A stretch of 64,000 nucleotides of DNA from the IMG/VR virus record IMGVR_UViG_3300031555_005762, positions 9,367 through 73,366 of that record. One strand, 5' to 3'. Source of the stretch: a virus (taxonomy: Duplodnaviria > Caudoviricetes). Under the pieces are notes generated by a model. It was not told where the DNA came from. It saw only the letters and a list, made by a program, of their open reading frames with translations, and made no database searches. This document shows positions 28,256 to 36,524 of this stretch, in pieces; position 1 is the first letter of the stretch; each line of letters begins with the position of its first letter. Made by a program: the position numbers and the translations under genes.

Positions 28256-28321
28256 TCAAAATGTTAAGTCCGGGTCTTCCGGCGGGGATTCGTATTCTAC
28301 GGTTACTTTGATTTTGCTCAT
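28256..28321 (-). CDS. 21 aa mini-ORF, possible truncated gene
   Basis: ATGA-coupled to upstream gene, ends just before the HNH RBS. Confidence 0.35.
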   Translation of the reverse strand: MSKIKVTVEYESPPEDPDLTF

Positions 28322-28605
28322 TGGTACATCTCCTCTCTGAATTTGATCATTGCCATGCGTTTTCTTTCTATGGTGGATTTGGTCAGGATGCCATCTTCGG
28401 CGAACTGGATGATTTCGTCAAAGGTGATTTCGGGGATCATCTTATCGAGGAAGGTTACGAACATATCCTTACTGACATGATAGTTCTTATGGGCGTGGTC
28501 GAGGATGTTGTCGATCAGCTCTCTGGTGAAGGAACACCGCATAGGCTCCGGGAACTGGTCGATCAGGTATTCCTTGAATGCGGTTTCGTTGAAGCCGTCA
28601 CGCAT
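28318..28605 (-). CDS. Hypothetical protein
   Basis: AAGGAG RBS before MRDGF. Confidence 0.7.
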   Translation of the reverse strand: MRDGFNETAFKEYLIDQFPEPMRCSFTRELIDNILDHAHKNYHVSKDMFVTFLDKMIPEITFDEIIQFAEDGILTKSTIERKRMAMIKFREEMYQ

Positions 28606-28606
28606 A

Positions 28607-28900
28607 TTAACAACTCCTTCCGTATGTGACAAGAAACTCTTCGATTGGGCCGTCTACATCCAGGCAAAGCCAGTCACATCCGTGTGCAAAGGAAAGTCCC
28701 ATCAGCAGGAAGAGATCTTCCGGAACATTTTTGCGGAATGCATCGATATCATCATAGTAATTGCGCGTAAAAATCCAGAAACCGTAGCCTTCCTTTTCAT
28801 AGCATACAACTTCGCCAGATTCTACGGCTTCTTCCAGAAACCGTATGGTTTTTTCTGATATATGATCGAGAGACAAGGTCATCATTTTGCAGATTTCCAT
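28607..28900 (-). CDS. Hypothetical protein
   Basis: LSLDHIS..T, GFWI, VPEDL, CDWLCLD.DG pattern. Confidence 0.7.
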   Translation of the reverse strand: MEICKMMTLSLDHISEKTIRFLEEAVESGEVVCYEKEGYGFWIFTRNYYDDIDAFRKNVPEDLFLLMGLSFAHGCDWLCLDVDGPIEEFLVTYGRSC

Positions 28901-29250
28901 CAGTTCACCGTTCCCTTTCCGTCGTATGGCAGATAGGTATAGTCTTCGGGTCTGCCGCTGTAGCGGATCTGGAGAATTCTGTCATCCTCCACGGTTTCGG
29001 TGCCCCTGCTGTTCATGATCATGCTGCAGATGTCGCCCGGGAGCCAGTCTTCGATGGGGGTTTCATATGTGAACACATGGCCGGTTGCTGTCATCAGGGT
29101 CAGTAGGTTCTGAGATTCGTTGGTATTGACGACTATGGCCGTCTCAGGGTACAGGTTTTTTGGTTTGGGTATGGATGTAGCAATCGCGCCTGTTATGACT
29201 GATAGAATCAGGGCAATGGCAAAAATGGCGGCTTTGTCTTTTAATTTCAT
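28900..29250 (-). CDS. Secreted or membrane-anchored protein
   Basis: N-terminal hydrophobic helix, GGAGG RBS. Confidence 0.7.
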   Translation of the reverse strand: MKLKDKAAIFAIALILSVITGAIATSIPKPKNLYPETAIVVNTNESQNLLTLMTATGHVFTYETPIEDWLPGDICSMIMNSRGTETVEDDRILQIRYSGRPEDYTYLPYDGKGTVN

Positions 29251-29813
29251 GCGTTCCTCCTGTATCCTCTCTGGTTGATTTTCCAGCCGTATACTGCGGC
29301 GATTCTGTCTCCCAGACGGTATGTATAGTGGCTTCTCTGCCACCCGGTAAACTTATCTTCCATCAAGTTTCCGCAAAGGGCCTGCAGGCGGTCTTCGGTT
29401 TCGCCGGATTTATCTGGGCGAACGCCACGATATGTATAATAGTTGGTGCCATCATGATGGGCTTCTCTGCAGCACAGGTCCCCGTGTTCGTCCAGATACC
29501 AGTGGCAGGTGCTGTCACAGTCCATCAGTGAGCTCAGGCAGTCGGCGACGTTGCCGCTCCGGATAATTTTTACGGCGGTATGTCTGCCATCCCATCTGCC
29601 CATATCGGCGATGCAGAGGATGGGGGTGCCGAGGTTTATATTTAAGTTTGTGCGTTCGTCATCCAGATACTGGTCATTCAACTCAACGGCCAAATTGTAT
29701 GCTTCGTAATCTTCCAGTAACTCTTCCCTGCTTTTGTCCGGAAATTCTTCTTCGAGAAAATCCAGCCAGTCTTCGATCTGGATTTCTGCATTCCAGATGG
29801 TGTGCTTTATCAT
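29247..29813 (-). CDS. Hypothetical protein
   Basis: 188 aa, GAGG RBS. Confidence 0.75.
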   Translation of the reverse strand: MIKHTIWNAEIQIEDWLDFLEEEFPDKSREELLEDYEAYNLAVELNDQYLDDERTNLNINLGTPILCIADMGRWDGRHTAVKIIRSGNVADCLSSLMDCDSTCHWYLDEHGDLCCREAHHDGTNYYTYRGVRPDKSGETEDRLQALCGNLMEDKFTGWQRSHYTYRLGDRIAAVYGWKINQRGYRRNA

Positions 29814-29815
29814 GT

Positions 29816-29992
29816 TTACCTCACTTTCGAAACGGTCTTTCCGTTATGCTTGATGATGATTCGCTCGGCGCACTTATACTTGACGGCTTCCCGGGAGAAT
29901 TTCACCATGGTGTCCAGTTCGTACTCCGAATCCGGGAAATCCCGGATATCGAAGCACTGGCCGTTCTTATTTATATACAACAATGTGAACAC
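29816..29992 (-). CDS. 58 aa protein (not in ORF track)
   Basis: GTG start just after the motif array; VFTLLYINKNGQCFD...KVR*. Confidence 0.5.
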   Translation of the reverse strand: MFTLLYINKNGQCFDIRDFPDSEYELDTMVKFSREAVKYKCAERIIIKHNGKTVSKVR

Positions 29993-29996
29993 TGAG

Positions 29997-30117
29997 TGGT
30001 AACAACTTCCTTTCGGTTGGTATTTATATGAGAAGCAGGAAACGCTGTGGTAACTGCTTCTTTACGGGTCAGATTTAAAAACGAAGATGTTCAAAATTTA
30101 TGGTAACAACTTCTTTC
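29997..30117 (-). repeat. Three-copy array of motif AAAGRAGYWGTTACCA, period 51-53 bp
   Basis: GGTAAC cores at 29998, 30049, 30102 with unrelated ~35 nt spacers. Confidence 0.85.
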
Positions 30118-30122
30118 CATGG

Positions 30123-30151
30123 AGTATAGCACAAGAACACCTGTTTGTCAA
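30123..30151 (-). promoter_or_regulatory. Sigma-A promoter reading into the motif array
   Basis: TTGACA-N17-TATACT, extended TG. Confidence 0.85.
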
Positions 30152-31065
30152 GCGGTTTTTGTATTTTTGTTTCCGGGAATTTCTTCCTTGGCTTTTTCAG
30201 CCAGTTCAGACAGGTCAAACTTGCCGTCGTGGACCTTATGCATGAGTTCGTACACAGCCATATGCTCTGTGCAGTGTGGGCTCATAGCCTTGGCGGCGGA
30301 GACGAACTGTTCCAGGGGCATTCCATTGATCACTTCTGCCACATCCAATACGTCTTCGGTGGGATCTTCGTGGCCGGATTTGATGTACAGCTTCCGCCAG
30401 AGGGTCATGATGGGGCGGATACAATAGCTGCTGAAGGCGTTCAGGTCGGTGTGCCAGCCGGCCAGCTCAATGAACTGGAAGATGGCTTCGGCTACGGCGG
30501 CTCCCCAGTGTTCGATGATGCTCTCCATACCGGATACATCCTTAAGGAGAGGGATGTCGAACTCGCCTGTCTTGAACAGGAACACGCCGTGGCGGTCACA
30601 GAGCTCTTTCAGGATGGTGGCACCGGTTTCGCCCACGGTGAGTTTGGCTCTCAGCATATCTCTTGGGCGGAGTCTTCTGTTGTTGTCGTTCTGCTGGTAG
30701 AAGAGTTTTGCTTCTTCTTCCTCTGACAGACCCTTGAACACTCTGCAGGGGAGCATTTCGACGTTTTTCAGTTTGGCGGCCATATAGCGGTGCTGTCCGT
30801 CGATGATCAGGAAGGTGCCGTCCTCCTTCCAGCTGACGGTCAGGGGCTGGCATTTGGTGATGTCCCATTCTTCGGCGATTTTGCGGTAGTGGTCGGCCAG
30901 GTCGCGCTGGATTCTGGGATGCACCTGCAGCATGGCGGTGGGAAGATCCTTATAATAGATGCCGCATACCTTTGGGACATTTGCCATCATGGCGTTTGCA
31001 AGGGATACGTTCGACATGGTTTCGGTCATGGATGCGTTTACGGATGTGTTGATAATGGTAGGCAT
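30148..31065 (-). CDS. ParB/Srx-like domain protein (DUF6551-like)
   Basis: IQRDL..PLTVS..FLIIDGQHR..AA motif. Confidence 0.8.
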   Translation of the reverse strand: MPTIINTSVNASMTETMSNVSLANAMMANVPKVCGIYYKDLPTAMLQVHPRIQRDLADHYRKIAEEWDITKCQPLTVSWKEDGTFLIIDGQHRYMAAKLKNVEMLPCRVFKGLSEEEEAKLFYQQNDNNRRLRPRDMLRAKLTVGETGATILKELCDRHGVFLFKTGEFDIPLLKDVSGMESIIEHWGAAVAEAIFQFIELAGWHTDLNAFSSYCIRPIMTLWRKLYIKSGHEDPTEDVLDVAEVINGMPLEQFVSAAKAMSPHCTEHMAVYELMHKVHDGKFDLSELAEKAKEEIPGNKNTKTA

Positions 31066-31109
31066 AATTGATTCTCCTTTTATGTAAAAATTTTAATGGA
31101 TAGTATAAG

Positions 31110-31133
31110 AAAAAGAGCCTTATTTCGGCTCTT
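31110..31133 (-). terminator. Intrinsic terminator
   Basis: AAGAGCC-GAAATAA-GGCTCTT followed by T-run. Confidence 0.8.
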
Positions 31134-31188
31134 GTGGAATTTTGTATGTAGTTAGTAGGGGTTGATTATAGCTTTATTGAGCTGTCAC

Positions 31189-31410
31189 CTAATATGATAT
31201 ATAAATATCCATATCGGCAGTATACTGCAGAGTATAAAGGCGGTTATCATCGATGCCTTTTACGCATTGCATCCAGCGCCCGTCTTCATCCAGTTCTGGT
31301 TCGCCGCAAAGGATCAGATCATCTTCGCCGCGGTCAGACATAAAATCCTGCACCATGATCTCGAATGTGTTCTTATCGAGGCCGCTGGCATCCTTTTTCG
31401 GAAGTTCCAT
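31189..31410 (-). CDS. Hypothetical protein
   Basis: 73 aa, GAGGTG RBS. Confidence 0.7.
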   Translation of the reverse strand: MELPKKDASGLDKNTFEIMVQDFMSDRGEDDLILCGEPELDEDGRWMQCVKGIDDNRLYTLQYTADMDIYISY

Positions 31411-31479
31411 TTTCTCACCTCATTCGGTTTTGATTGAAATTTACTGTGTCATATGCCGATGCATTTCAACCTCTTGAAT

Positions 31480-31566
31480 TAAAATACACCACAGCGGACT
31501 CGCTAAACAAGTCTTGCGACTTATTACACGGTTCATCCCCACACAGTGGGGCAATGCTGTGGTGTA
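31480..31566 (-). ncRNA. Candidate structured small RNA or leader
   Basis: 11-bp closing stem TACACCACAGC/GCTGTGGTGTA, inner hairpins CCCCAC/GTGGGG and AAGTC-GCAA-GACTT; begins at the predicted +1. Confidence 0.6.
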
Positions 31567-31571
31567 CTTAT

Positions 31572-31600
31572 ATTATAGCATATCAGCGGCTTCTTGTCAA
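31572..31600 (-). promoter_or_regulatory. Sigma-A promoter
   Basis: TTGACA-N17-TATAAT, extended TG. Confidence 0.85.
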
Positions 31601-31605
31601 GGGGA

Positions 31606-31899
31606 TTATCTGCCGAAAATGTTATCCAGAATAGGGTCCCCGGTCTGGCTGGTTCTGCCGGGGGCTTCGATAAAGATAACGTCCACGCAGTCTCTCGGGG
31701 CGGACTGGAATCTGATTTCGCCCTTGGGTCTGGTGAAGGAGCGGGGGACACGGACGCTCCCCAGCTCCGGCATGATGCAGGACAGGACATGGCTCAGGGC
31801 GTCGTTGGCTTTCTGCAGGCGTTCGATTTCGGTCTGCAGTTTGATGTTTTCGTCACGGATCCGGAGGTTTTCGGATAGGAGGAAGTTATTGTCAAACAT
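31606..31899 (-). CDS. Hypothetical protein
   Basis: 97 aa, AAGGAG RBS, coiled coil. Confidence 0.7.
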   Translation of the reverse strand: MFDNNFLLSENLRIRDENIKLQTEIERLQKANDALSHVLSCIMPELGSVRVPRSFTRPKGEIRFQSAPRDCVDVIFIEAPGRTSQTGDPILDNIFGR

Positions 31900-31913
31900 A
31901 TATATATTCTCCT

Positions 31914-32315
31914 TTACAGGTCGTAGGTTGTGAGGTTCCAGCTGTGACCCATTTCGTAATAACAGCCGTGTCGGGCGAAGATTTTGCGAAATTCTTCTTC
32001 CAGTTTCGCCCAGCCGGGGGTATAGGCGTTGAGAACGTGGTTTAGGCTGCCTTCAAAGGACATGGAAAGTCCATCGGGGTTGACGTACTCGAAGTAGTCA
32101 CGAGGATTTTTGTCCTTAAAATAGTAGAGCATTGCGCCGGGGTCGGGACAAAGAAGGGCGTTTGCTTTTTCACTGCCCCACTGGATGCAGTTAGTGATGG
32201 CGTGGCCGTTAAAATAGATGATGTTGTCGCCCCAGAGGTCGTTCTTGACGCACCACCGATAGATATCCCATGCCAGTTTGCCGAATCGGGTTTCAAAAAG
32301 GGCTTTGGTATTCAT
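31914..32315 (-). CDS. Hypothetical protein
   Basis: GAGG RBS, ATGA-coupled. Confidence 0.75.
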   Translation of the reverse strand: MNTKALFETRFGKLAWDIYRWCVKNDLWGDNIIYFNGHAITNCIQWGSEKANALLCPDPGAMLYYFKDKNPRDYFEYVNPDGLSMSFEGSLNHVLNAYTPGWAKLEEEFRKIFARHGCYYEMGHSWNLTTYDL

Positions 32316-32617
32316 TCCTCTACCTCCCCGAAGATTTCTTCGTATTCGTCGCCGTCGAGGTGTTTTTCTACCCATCTTTTCGCCTCGACTTCGGTCATGG
32401 GGATGATTTTTTCTCCGCCGCCGGTCATATTTCCGTAGGACTGGGAATACTTGGACATGGGGCCGCCGCTGCCGTACAGGAAATATTCACCGGTACGTTT
32501 GCGGTACAGGATTTCTCTGCAGTTAGAAAAATCTCTGATAGAAAGCCCGTTCCACCATGAACCAACTTCTGTAGCGGTTTTTGTGTCGTATTTTTTACCG
32601 TTTATGATCTGTTTCAT
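32312..32617 (-). CDS. Conserved phage protein
   Basis: MKQIINGKKYDT.TA..LYRKRTGEYFLYG.GG. Confidence 0.8.
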   Translation of the reverse strand: MKQIINGKKYDTKTATEVGSWWNGLSIRDFSNCREILYRKRTGEYFLYGSGGPMSKYSQSYGNMTGGGEKIIPMTEVEAKRWVEKHLDGDEYEEIFGEVEE

Positions 32618-32628
32618 TTTGATTCTCC

Positions 32629-32841
32629 TTATGCTGCTTTGGACGGACACTTCAGTTTGCGGACATAGTACCAGCCGAGGGGGAGTTTCCACTCTACCCG
32701 GTATATGGTTGCGTTCATGAATTTTCGGGCGTGTTCTCTGGCACCTGTTATGGTATCAAATTCGCTGGTGTGCTTTTCTTTGACGTATACTCTGCCGGTG
32801 CGGTCATCCAGCAGGGGGTGAAAAACGACAACGTATTTCAT
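32629..32841 (-). CDS. Hypothetical protein
   Basis: 70 aa, coupled. Confidence 0.65.
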   Translation of the reverse strand: MKYVVVFHPLLDDRTGRVYVKEKHTSEFDTITGAREHARKFMNATIYRVEWKLPLGWYYVRKLKCPSKAA

Positions 32842-33491
32842 TTTGATTCCTCCATTTCTACTTCGTAGCCGGGCAGCAGGACTCCGCCTACCATGAAGCC
32901 GCTCTGGTAGCCGTTTATGATTTTCGGCTGTAGTTCGGCGAAGTATTTATTATACTTCTTGAAGCGGCCTGCCAGATATTTTTCGGCGGATTCCAGATCC
33001 TTATAGGTTTTATGATGCTGACCGTCAATGGCTTCTGGATACGGTGCCGCCGGGGACTGGGCGTAAAATGACCAGCTTATATCATACCCGGTAATTGTTT
33101 TTTCGCCTTTCACATAACTGGTATTTTCACGCAGGCATTCCCAGAATTCGTAGGTCTTATTGGAGATGGTGCGTTCAGTATACCATTCTTTCCGTTCTGT
33201 CCACTGGTTACCGGAATGATCCCGGGTCTTTGTCTGCTGATACTTAGATGCCATTTTTAAGATTGTGGTTTCGCCAGCCTGCTCTGCCCACTCATCCAGA
33301 ATGGCTTTAGCTCTCTGGTACAGTTCCCTTTCCCGGTATTCGGAACTGCCGATAGCCTGTTCCAGTTCAGTGGGGTTTTTGTCGATGTATGGAACAATGT
33401 TGTCTATTTTGGAATTGTAATGGACGGTACGTTCCAGTGTGGCTTTCTCGCCGGATACGAGACGGTCGGCGTAATCGTAAATATCAGGCAT
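32838..33491 (-). CDS. Hypothetical protein
   Basis: 217 aa, AAGGAGG RBS. Confidence 0.75.
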   Translation of the reverse strand: MPDIYDYADRLVSGEKATLERTVHYNSKIDNIVPYIDKNPTELEQAIGSSEYRERELYQRAKAILDEWAEQAGETTILKMASKYQQTKTRDHSGNQWTERKEWYTERTISNKTYEFWECLRENTSYVKGEKTITGYDISWSFYAQSPAAPYPEAIDGQHHKTYKDLESAEKYLAGRFKKYNKYFAELQPKIINGYQSGFMVGGVLLPGYEVEMEESK

Positions 33492-33648
33492 GGTCTTCCT
33501 CCTTTATGCGGATCAGCTTTGCGGCGAATCCGTTTTTCTTTAGCTCACAGTAATACCCATTTGCAAGCTGCTCATTCTTGAAGTCTTTTTTGCGCACATG
33601 ACGGCGGTCTTTATTATAGCTTACAACACGATACACAGTGCGGATCAT
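33484..33648 (-). CDS. 54 aa basic protein (not in ORF track)
   Basis: GGAGG RBS; MIRTVYRVVSY...EDHA*. Confidence 0.6.
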   Translation of the reverse strand: MIRTVYRVVSYNKDRRHVRKKDFKNEQLANGYYCELKKNGFAAKLIRIKEEDHA

Positions 33649-33657
33649 ATTTCCTCC

Positions 33658-34089
33658 TCAGCTTGCGTAGCAGCCAAATTTTTTATAGATGTAGTCAAGA
33701 AAATCCCACCAGTTTCCAATGTATTCCTCCCTCCCGGACGGATACAGTCGCTCGAAATAACAGGACTCCTCGCACCCATTTTCATAGACAAACTCACGGA
33801 TGGCGGCGATCTGTGCCTCGGTGGGCTTTCGCATAAACTCGAAGCCATTGGATTCCGGGGAGGTTCTGATATGCCCACGGGACAACATTCCCTCTACGCC
33901 ATACCAACCGGAGCCAGAATGATAACGGGATTTTGTCGTGTTGAACACGGTAGAGATTCTGCGGTGGTCATCTCCGGTACAACGAATATCCACATTTGTT
34001 CCGTCTGCCATTAGGTATCCGCCAAGATAGGAGTGATTCTGGGAACACGGAAATGTTTTCCGGATCCGTTCTTCGATTGTGATATTCAT
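33658..34089 (-). CDS. Hypothetical protein
   Basis: GGAGG RBS, MNITIEER start. Confidence 0.7.
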   Translation of the reverse strand: MNITIEERIRKTFPCSQNHSYLGGYLMADGTNVDIRCTGDDHRRISTVFNTTKSRYHSGSGWYGVEGMLSRGHIRTSPESNGFEFMRKPTEAQIAAIREFVYENGCEESCYFERLYPSGREEYIGNWWDFLDYIYKKFGCYAS

Positions 34090-34154
34090 TTTACTTCCTC
34101 CGATACGATGTCGTCGCAGTCCCATGTGATGGTGTAGTGGTAGCGTTTTTCCAT
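34086..34154 (-). CDS. 22 aa mini-protein
   Basis: AAGGAGG RBS, ATGA-coupled to the next gene. Confidence 0.45.
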   Translation of the reverse strand: MEKRYHYTITWDCDDIVSEEVK

Positions 34155-34166
34155 TGTGGTTCCTCC

Positions 34167-34400
34167 TTATTTGCAGAGCTGTTCCAGAATTTCCTTGAAG
34201 CAGGCTTTTCTCGCCATATTATCATCAATTCCGTTCTGGTAGTATTCAATATTAGCATTAGGGTCTTCTTGCAGAACATTATTGATCCGTTCGTTGGCAT
34301 ACTCGATTTCCAGATCGCAGTTTTTGATCTGAGAATCGATATATTCGCATATGGTTTCGATAGATTCCGCCTTGATTCTTTTCTTCTTGTAGATAGTCAT
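34167..34400 (-). CDS. Hypothetical protein
   Basis: 77 aa, AAGGAG RBS. Confidence 0.7.
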   Translation of the reverse strand: MTIYKKKRIKAESIETICEYIDSQIKNCDLEIEYANERINNVLQEDPNANIEYYQNGIDDNMARKACFKEILEQLCK

Positions 34401-34439
34401 GATTTGGTTCTCCTTTATATATAATAATTTTTGGGCATA

Positions 34440-34503
34440 GAAAAAGAGCCTTGGACTTTTGGCGTCTCGGCTCTTTGGGGAATTCAGTTTTCGGCTTGGT
34501 TAT
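34440..34503 (-). repeat. Early-region intergenic repeat/terminator module, copy A
   Basis: TAACCAAGCCGA.. then AAAGAGCC-GAGACGCCAAAAGTCCAA-GGCTCTTTTT. Confidence 0.75.
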
Positions 34504-34717
34504 GATCCCGCTCTGCGGCTTCGGCGATTCTGACAGCGGCCAGCTCGGGACTGAACAGCAGCTGTCCTGCAGCAAAACGGTATTTCAGCCACAGCTCAGC
34601 GAATTTTTCGGGAATGTTTTCCGGGTATTCGGCTTCCGCCAGTGCCAGATCAAGAACATGATGGGCGAGGGCGGCAGTAAACTCCTTTGTGTCGTTTTTC
34701 ATGGTGTTTTCCTCCAT
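34484..34717 (-). CDS. Hypothetical protein
   Basis: Behind the promoter at 34732; start may be the second Met (GGAGG). Confidence 0.65.
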   Translation of the reverse strand: MEENTMKNDTKEFTAALAHHVLDLALAEAEYPENIPEKFAELWLKYRFAAGQLLFSPELAAVRIAEAAERDHNQAEN

Positions 34718-34725
34718 GTTTGTTT

Positions 34726-34760
34726 GGGTATAGTATACCCTATTCCGCCGGATTTGTCAA
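34726..34760 (-). promoter_or_regulatory. Sigma-A promoter with a palindrome over -10
   Basis: TTGACA-N17-TATACT; GGGTATA-G-TATACCC at 34726-34740. Confidence 0.8.
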
Positions 34761-35068
34761 GTCAGGCGGACGGCGGCGACTCTGTCTCCGTAGATCAGCT
34801 GGGCGGCTCGCTTCGGCTGGGTGGATCTGGGCAGGTAGACAGTAGCGAAGGTATTGGTTTTTCGTCTGCCGCTGGCGGTGAGGATGCCGGTATACTCTGC
34901 TACGCGGTAGGCGAGGAGTTTTGCGGCTTCGTCGTGGGACAGGATTTCGATGCCGGATTCGGTCAGTCTGCCGTTCTGGAAGACGGAGAAGGCGAACTGG
35001 TAAGTGCCCTCATAGTTATTTGAGGGGGCGGGTTTCGCGAGGATGGATTTTGCGGTGTAGATTTTCAT
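34757..35068 (-). CDS. Hypothetical protein
   Basis: AAGGAG RBS, MKIYTAKS start. Confidence 0.7.
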   Translation of the reverse strand: MKIYTAKSILAKPAPSNNYEGTYQFAFSVFQNGRLTESGIEILSHDEAAKLLAYRVAEYTGILTASGRRKTNTFATVYLPRSTQPKRAAQLIYGDRVAAVRLT

Positions 35069-35084
35069 GGTTTGCTCCTTTCGG

Positions 35085-35187
35085 GTATTTTTTGGTTGGG
35101 TGGGGACTGATACGCTCATATCCCCGAGAAGCGTAGGGTTTTGGGAGGTTGGCGGTTCTGGAAAATTGAAAATCAGCTTAGTTATAT
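35085..35187 (-). repeat. Early-region intergenic repeat module, copy B (chimeric; contains GGGGA..TCCCC hairpin)
   Basis: Left part matches 35385-35449, right part matches 36165-36253. Confidence 0.75.
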
Positions 35188-35364
35188 CACGCAGCCGACT
35201 GCACATAGCAACCCAATGACGGCAAGCCACGGGCGCAGGGCTTCCGTGGGGATTGCTGCTTCTTCTTGGGATACGCGGGGACGGGCGGCAGTTCTGCCGA
35301 GGTAGTAGGATATCCCGGCGGTTGTCAGAACGAAGAAAATGGAGAGAGTGGTGGTGTATGTCAT
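35182..35364 (-). CDS. Small two-helix membrane protein
   Basis: AAGGAG RBS, two hydrophobic segments. Confidence 0.65.
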   Translation of the reverse strand: MTYTTTLSIFFVLTTAGISYYLGRTAARPRVSQEEAAIPTEALRPWLAVIGLLCAVGCVI

Positions 35365-35384
35365 GATGTACTCCTTTCGGTATA

Positions 35385-35449
35385 GAAAAAGCCGTAGAGT
35401 TTTGGGCACTCCCGGCTTTTTGAAAATTGAAATTCGGCTTGGGTTATAT
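35385..35449 (-). repeat. Early-region intergenic repeat/terminator module, copy C
   Basis: TAACCCAAGCCGAATTTCAATTTTC then AAAAGCCG-GGAGTGCCCAAAACTCTA-CGGCTTTTT. Confidence 0.75.
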
Positions 35450-35453
35450 GAAA

Positions 35454-35639
35454 TTATTCGCAGTCGGCCTCATCGTCCTGCCATGCGAAATTGATTCGCT
35501 CTTTGAGTTCGTGGATTTCGATATCGAGATCCATTATCTCGGCTTCCGTTTCGGGAGTCAGAGGCAGGGCGGCTCGGCGGGACTGGAGTTCCTTCAGGCG
35601 TTCTTCCAGTGTGTGAGGGTTTTCGTATTGGCGGTACAT
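35454..35639 (-). CDS. Hypothetical protein
   Basis: 61 aa, GGAGGTG RBS. Confidence 0.7.
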   Translation of the reverse strand: MYRQYENPHTLEERLKELQSRRAALPLTPETEAEIMDLDIEIHELKERINFAWQDDEADCE

Positions 35640-36154
35640 CAGTGCACCTCCATCCAGCGGGCGAAATAGTCCGCTTCCGGTTCGTATGTAATGGTGCTGG
35701 GATCGTCCATATAATCCTCTCTGTGGTGGTAGATGTCGGACATATCGCAGAGGATGTCATGAATCTGGCGGTCTGAGTCGCTGGGGTTCAGGTGTTCCCG
35801 GATCAGGCGGGTAAGCTCAGCAACGTGGACACCTGCCATATTGGCGTAATAGAGGTCGTCCATCATCTCTCTGTACTGCTGGCGTGTGAGACCGGCGGCA
35901 GGAGTATCCTGTATAAGCAGATCTATGTGCCGGGACAGGTTGTAGGTATACTCTCCGATCAGTTCCACATAGGGCGGCATGAATTCAAGGAAAATATAGT
36001 CGATGACTCTGGACACTTCGGATTCGGGGATGTCGATCCAAACGAAGGTATTGAAATCAATGGGTTCAAGACCACCGGCGTTCAAGAGAGCAGCTTTTTG
36101 CAGTTCCCGGCGGGTAGGAATGGATGCGGTGGGGAAACGGATGTCGTACAGCAT
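35639..36154 (-). CDS. Hypothetical protein
   Basis: AAGGA RBS, MLYDIRFP start. Confidence 0.7.
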   Translation of the reverse strand: MLYDIRFPTASIPTRRELQKAALLNAGGLEPIDFNTFVWIDIPESEVSRVIDYIFLEFMPPYVELIGEYTYNLSRHIDLLIQDTPAAGLTRQQYREMMDDLYYANMAGVHVAELTRLIREHLNPSDSDRQIHDILCDMSDIYHHREDYMDDPSTITYEPEADYFARWMEVH

Positions 36155-36164
36155 GATGGTGTGT

Positions 36165-36253
36165 CCTTTCTGTTGTATTTGTAGTTGGTTGGGGATTGAT
36201 GTGCTCAAGTCCCCGAAAGGCAATAAAAAAGAACCGCTGGCGTGGCGGTTCTG
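36165..36253 (-). repeat. Intergenic module, copy D: terminator plus GGGGA..TCCCC hairpin
   Basis: AGAACCGC-CACGCCA-GCGGTTCT-TTTTT then GGGGACTTGAGCACATCAATCCCC. Confidence 0.75.
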
Positions 36254-36261
36254 GGTGGTGG

Positions 36262-36456
36262 TTATTTGCGCTTTCTTTTCAGATTCAATCCATATGTGCG
36301 GTTCAAGGCGTTAATAATTAACTCTGAAACTGTCATTTCATATTCTTCTGCAGTTGATTTCAATTTGTCCATATCCTCACGAAGAATTTTAACGGATACA
36401 TTTGAATAAGTTTTCGCCTGATATTCTTTGCTATATTGCTTTTCATCAAATGCCAA
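36262..36456 (-). CDS. Ribbon-helix-helix (CopG/Arc-like) DNA-binding protein
   Basis: SNVSVKI (beta strand), ..KLKSTAEEY.MTVSELIINAL; own promoter and terminator. Confidence 0.7.
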   Translation of the reverse strand: MAFDEKQYSKEYQAKTYSNVSVKILREDMDKLKSTAEEYEMTVSELIINALNRTYGLNLKRKRK

Positions 36457-36492
36457 ACAAAAAACCCCTTTCGTTCGTGGCTATGTAACTGC

Positions 36493-36521
36493 ATTATACC
36501 ACAAAACGATTGGGGTGTCAA
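36493..36521 (-). promoter_or_regulatory. Sigma-A promoter
   Basis: TTGACA-N17-TATAAT, extended TG. Confidence 0.85.
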
Positions 36522-36524
36522 GAT

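Noticed and set aside
29997-30117. CRISPR array
   Set aside because: Repeats are only ~17 nt, degenerate, non-palindromic and scattered singly elsewhere; no cas genes
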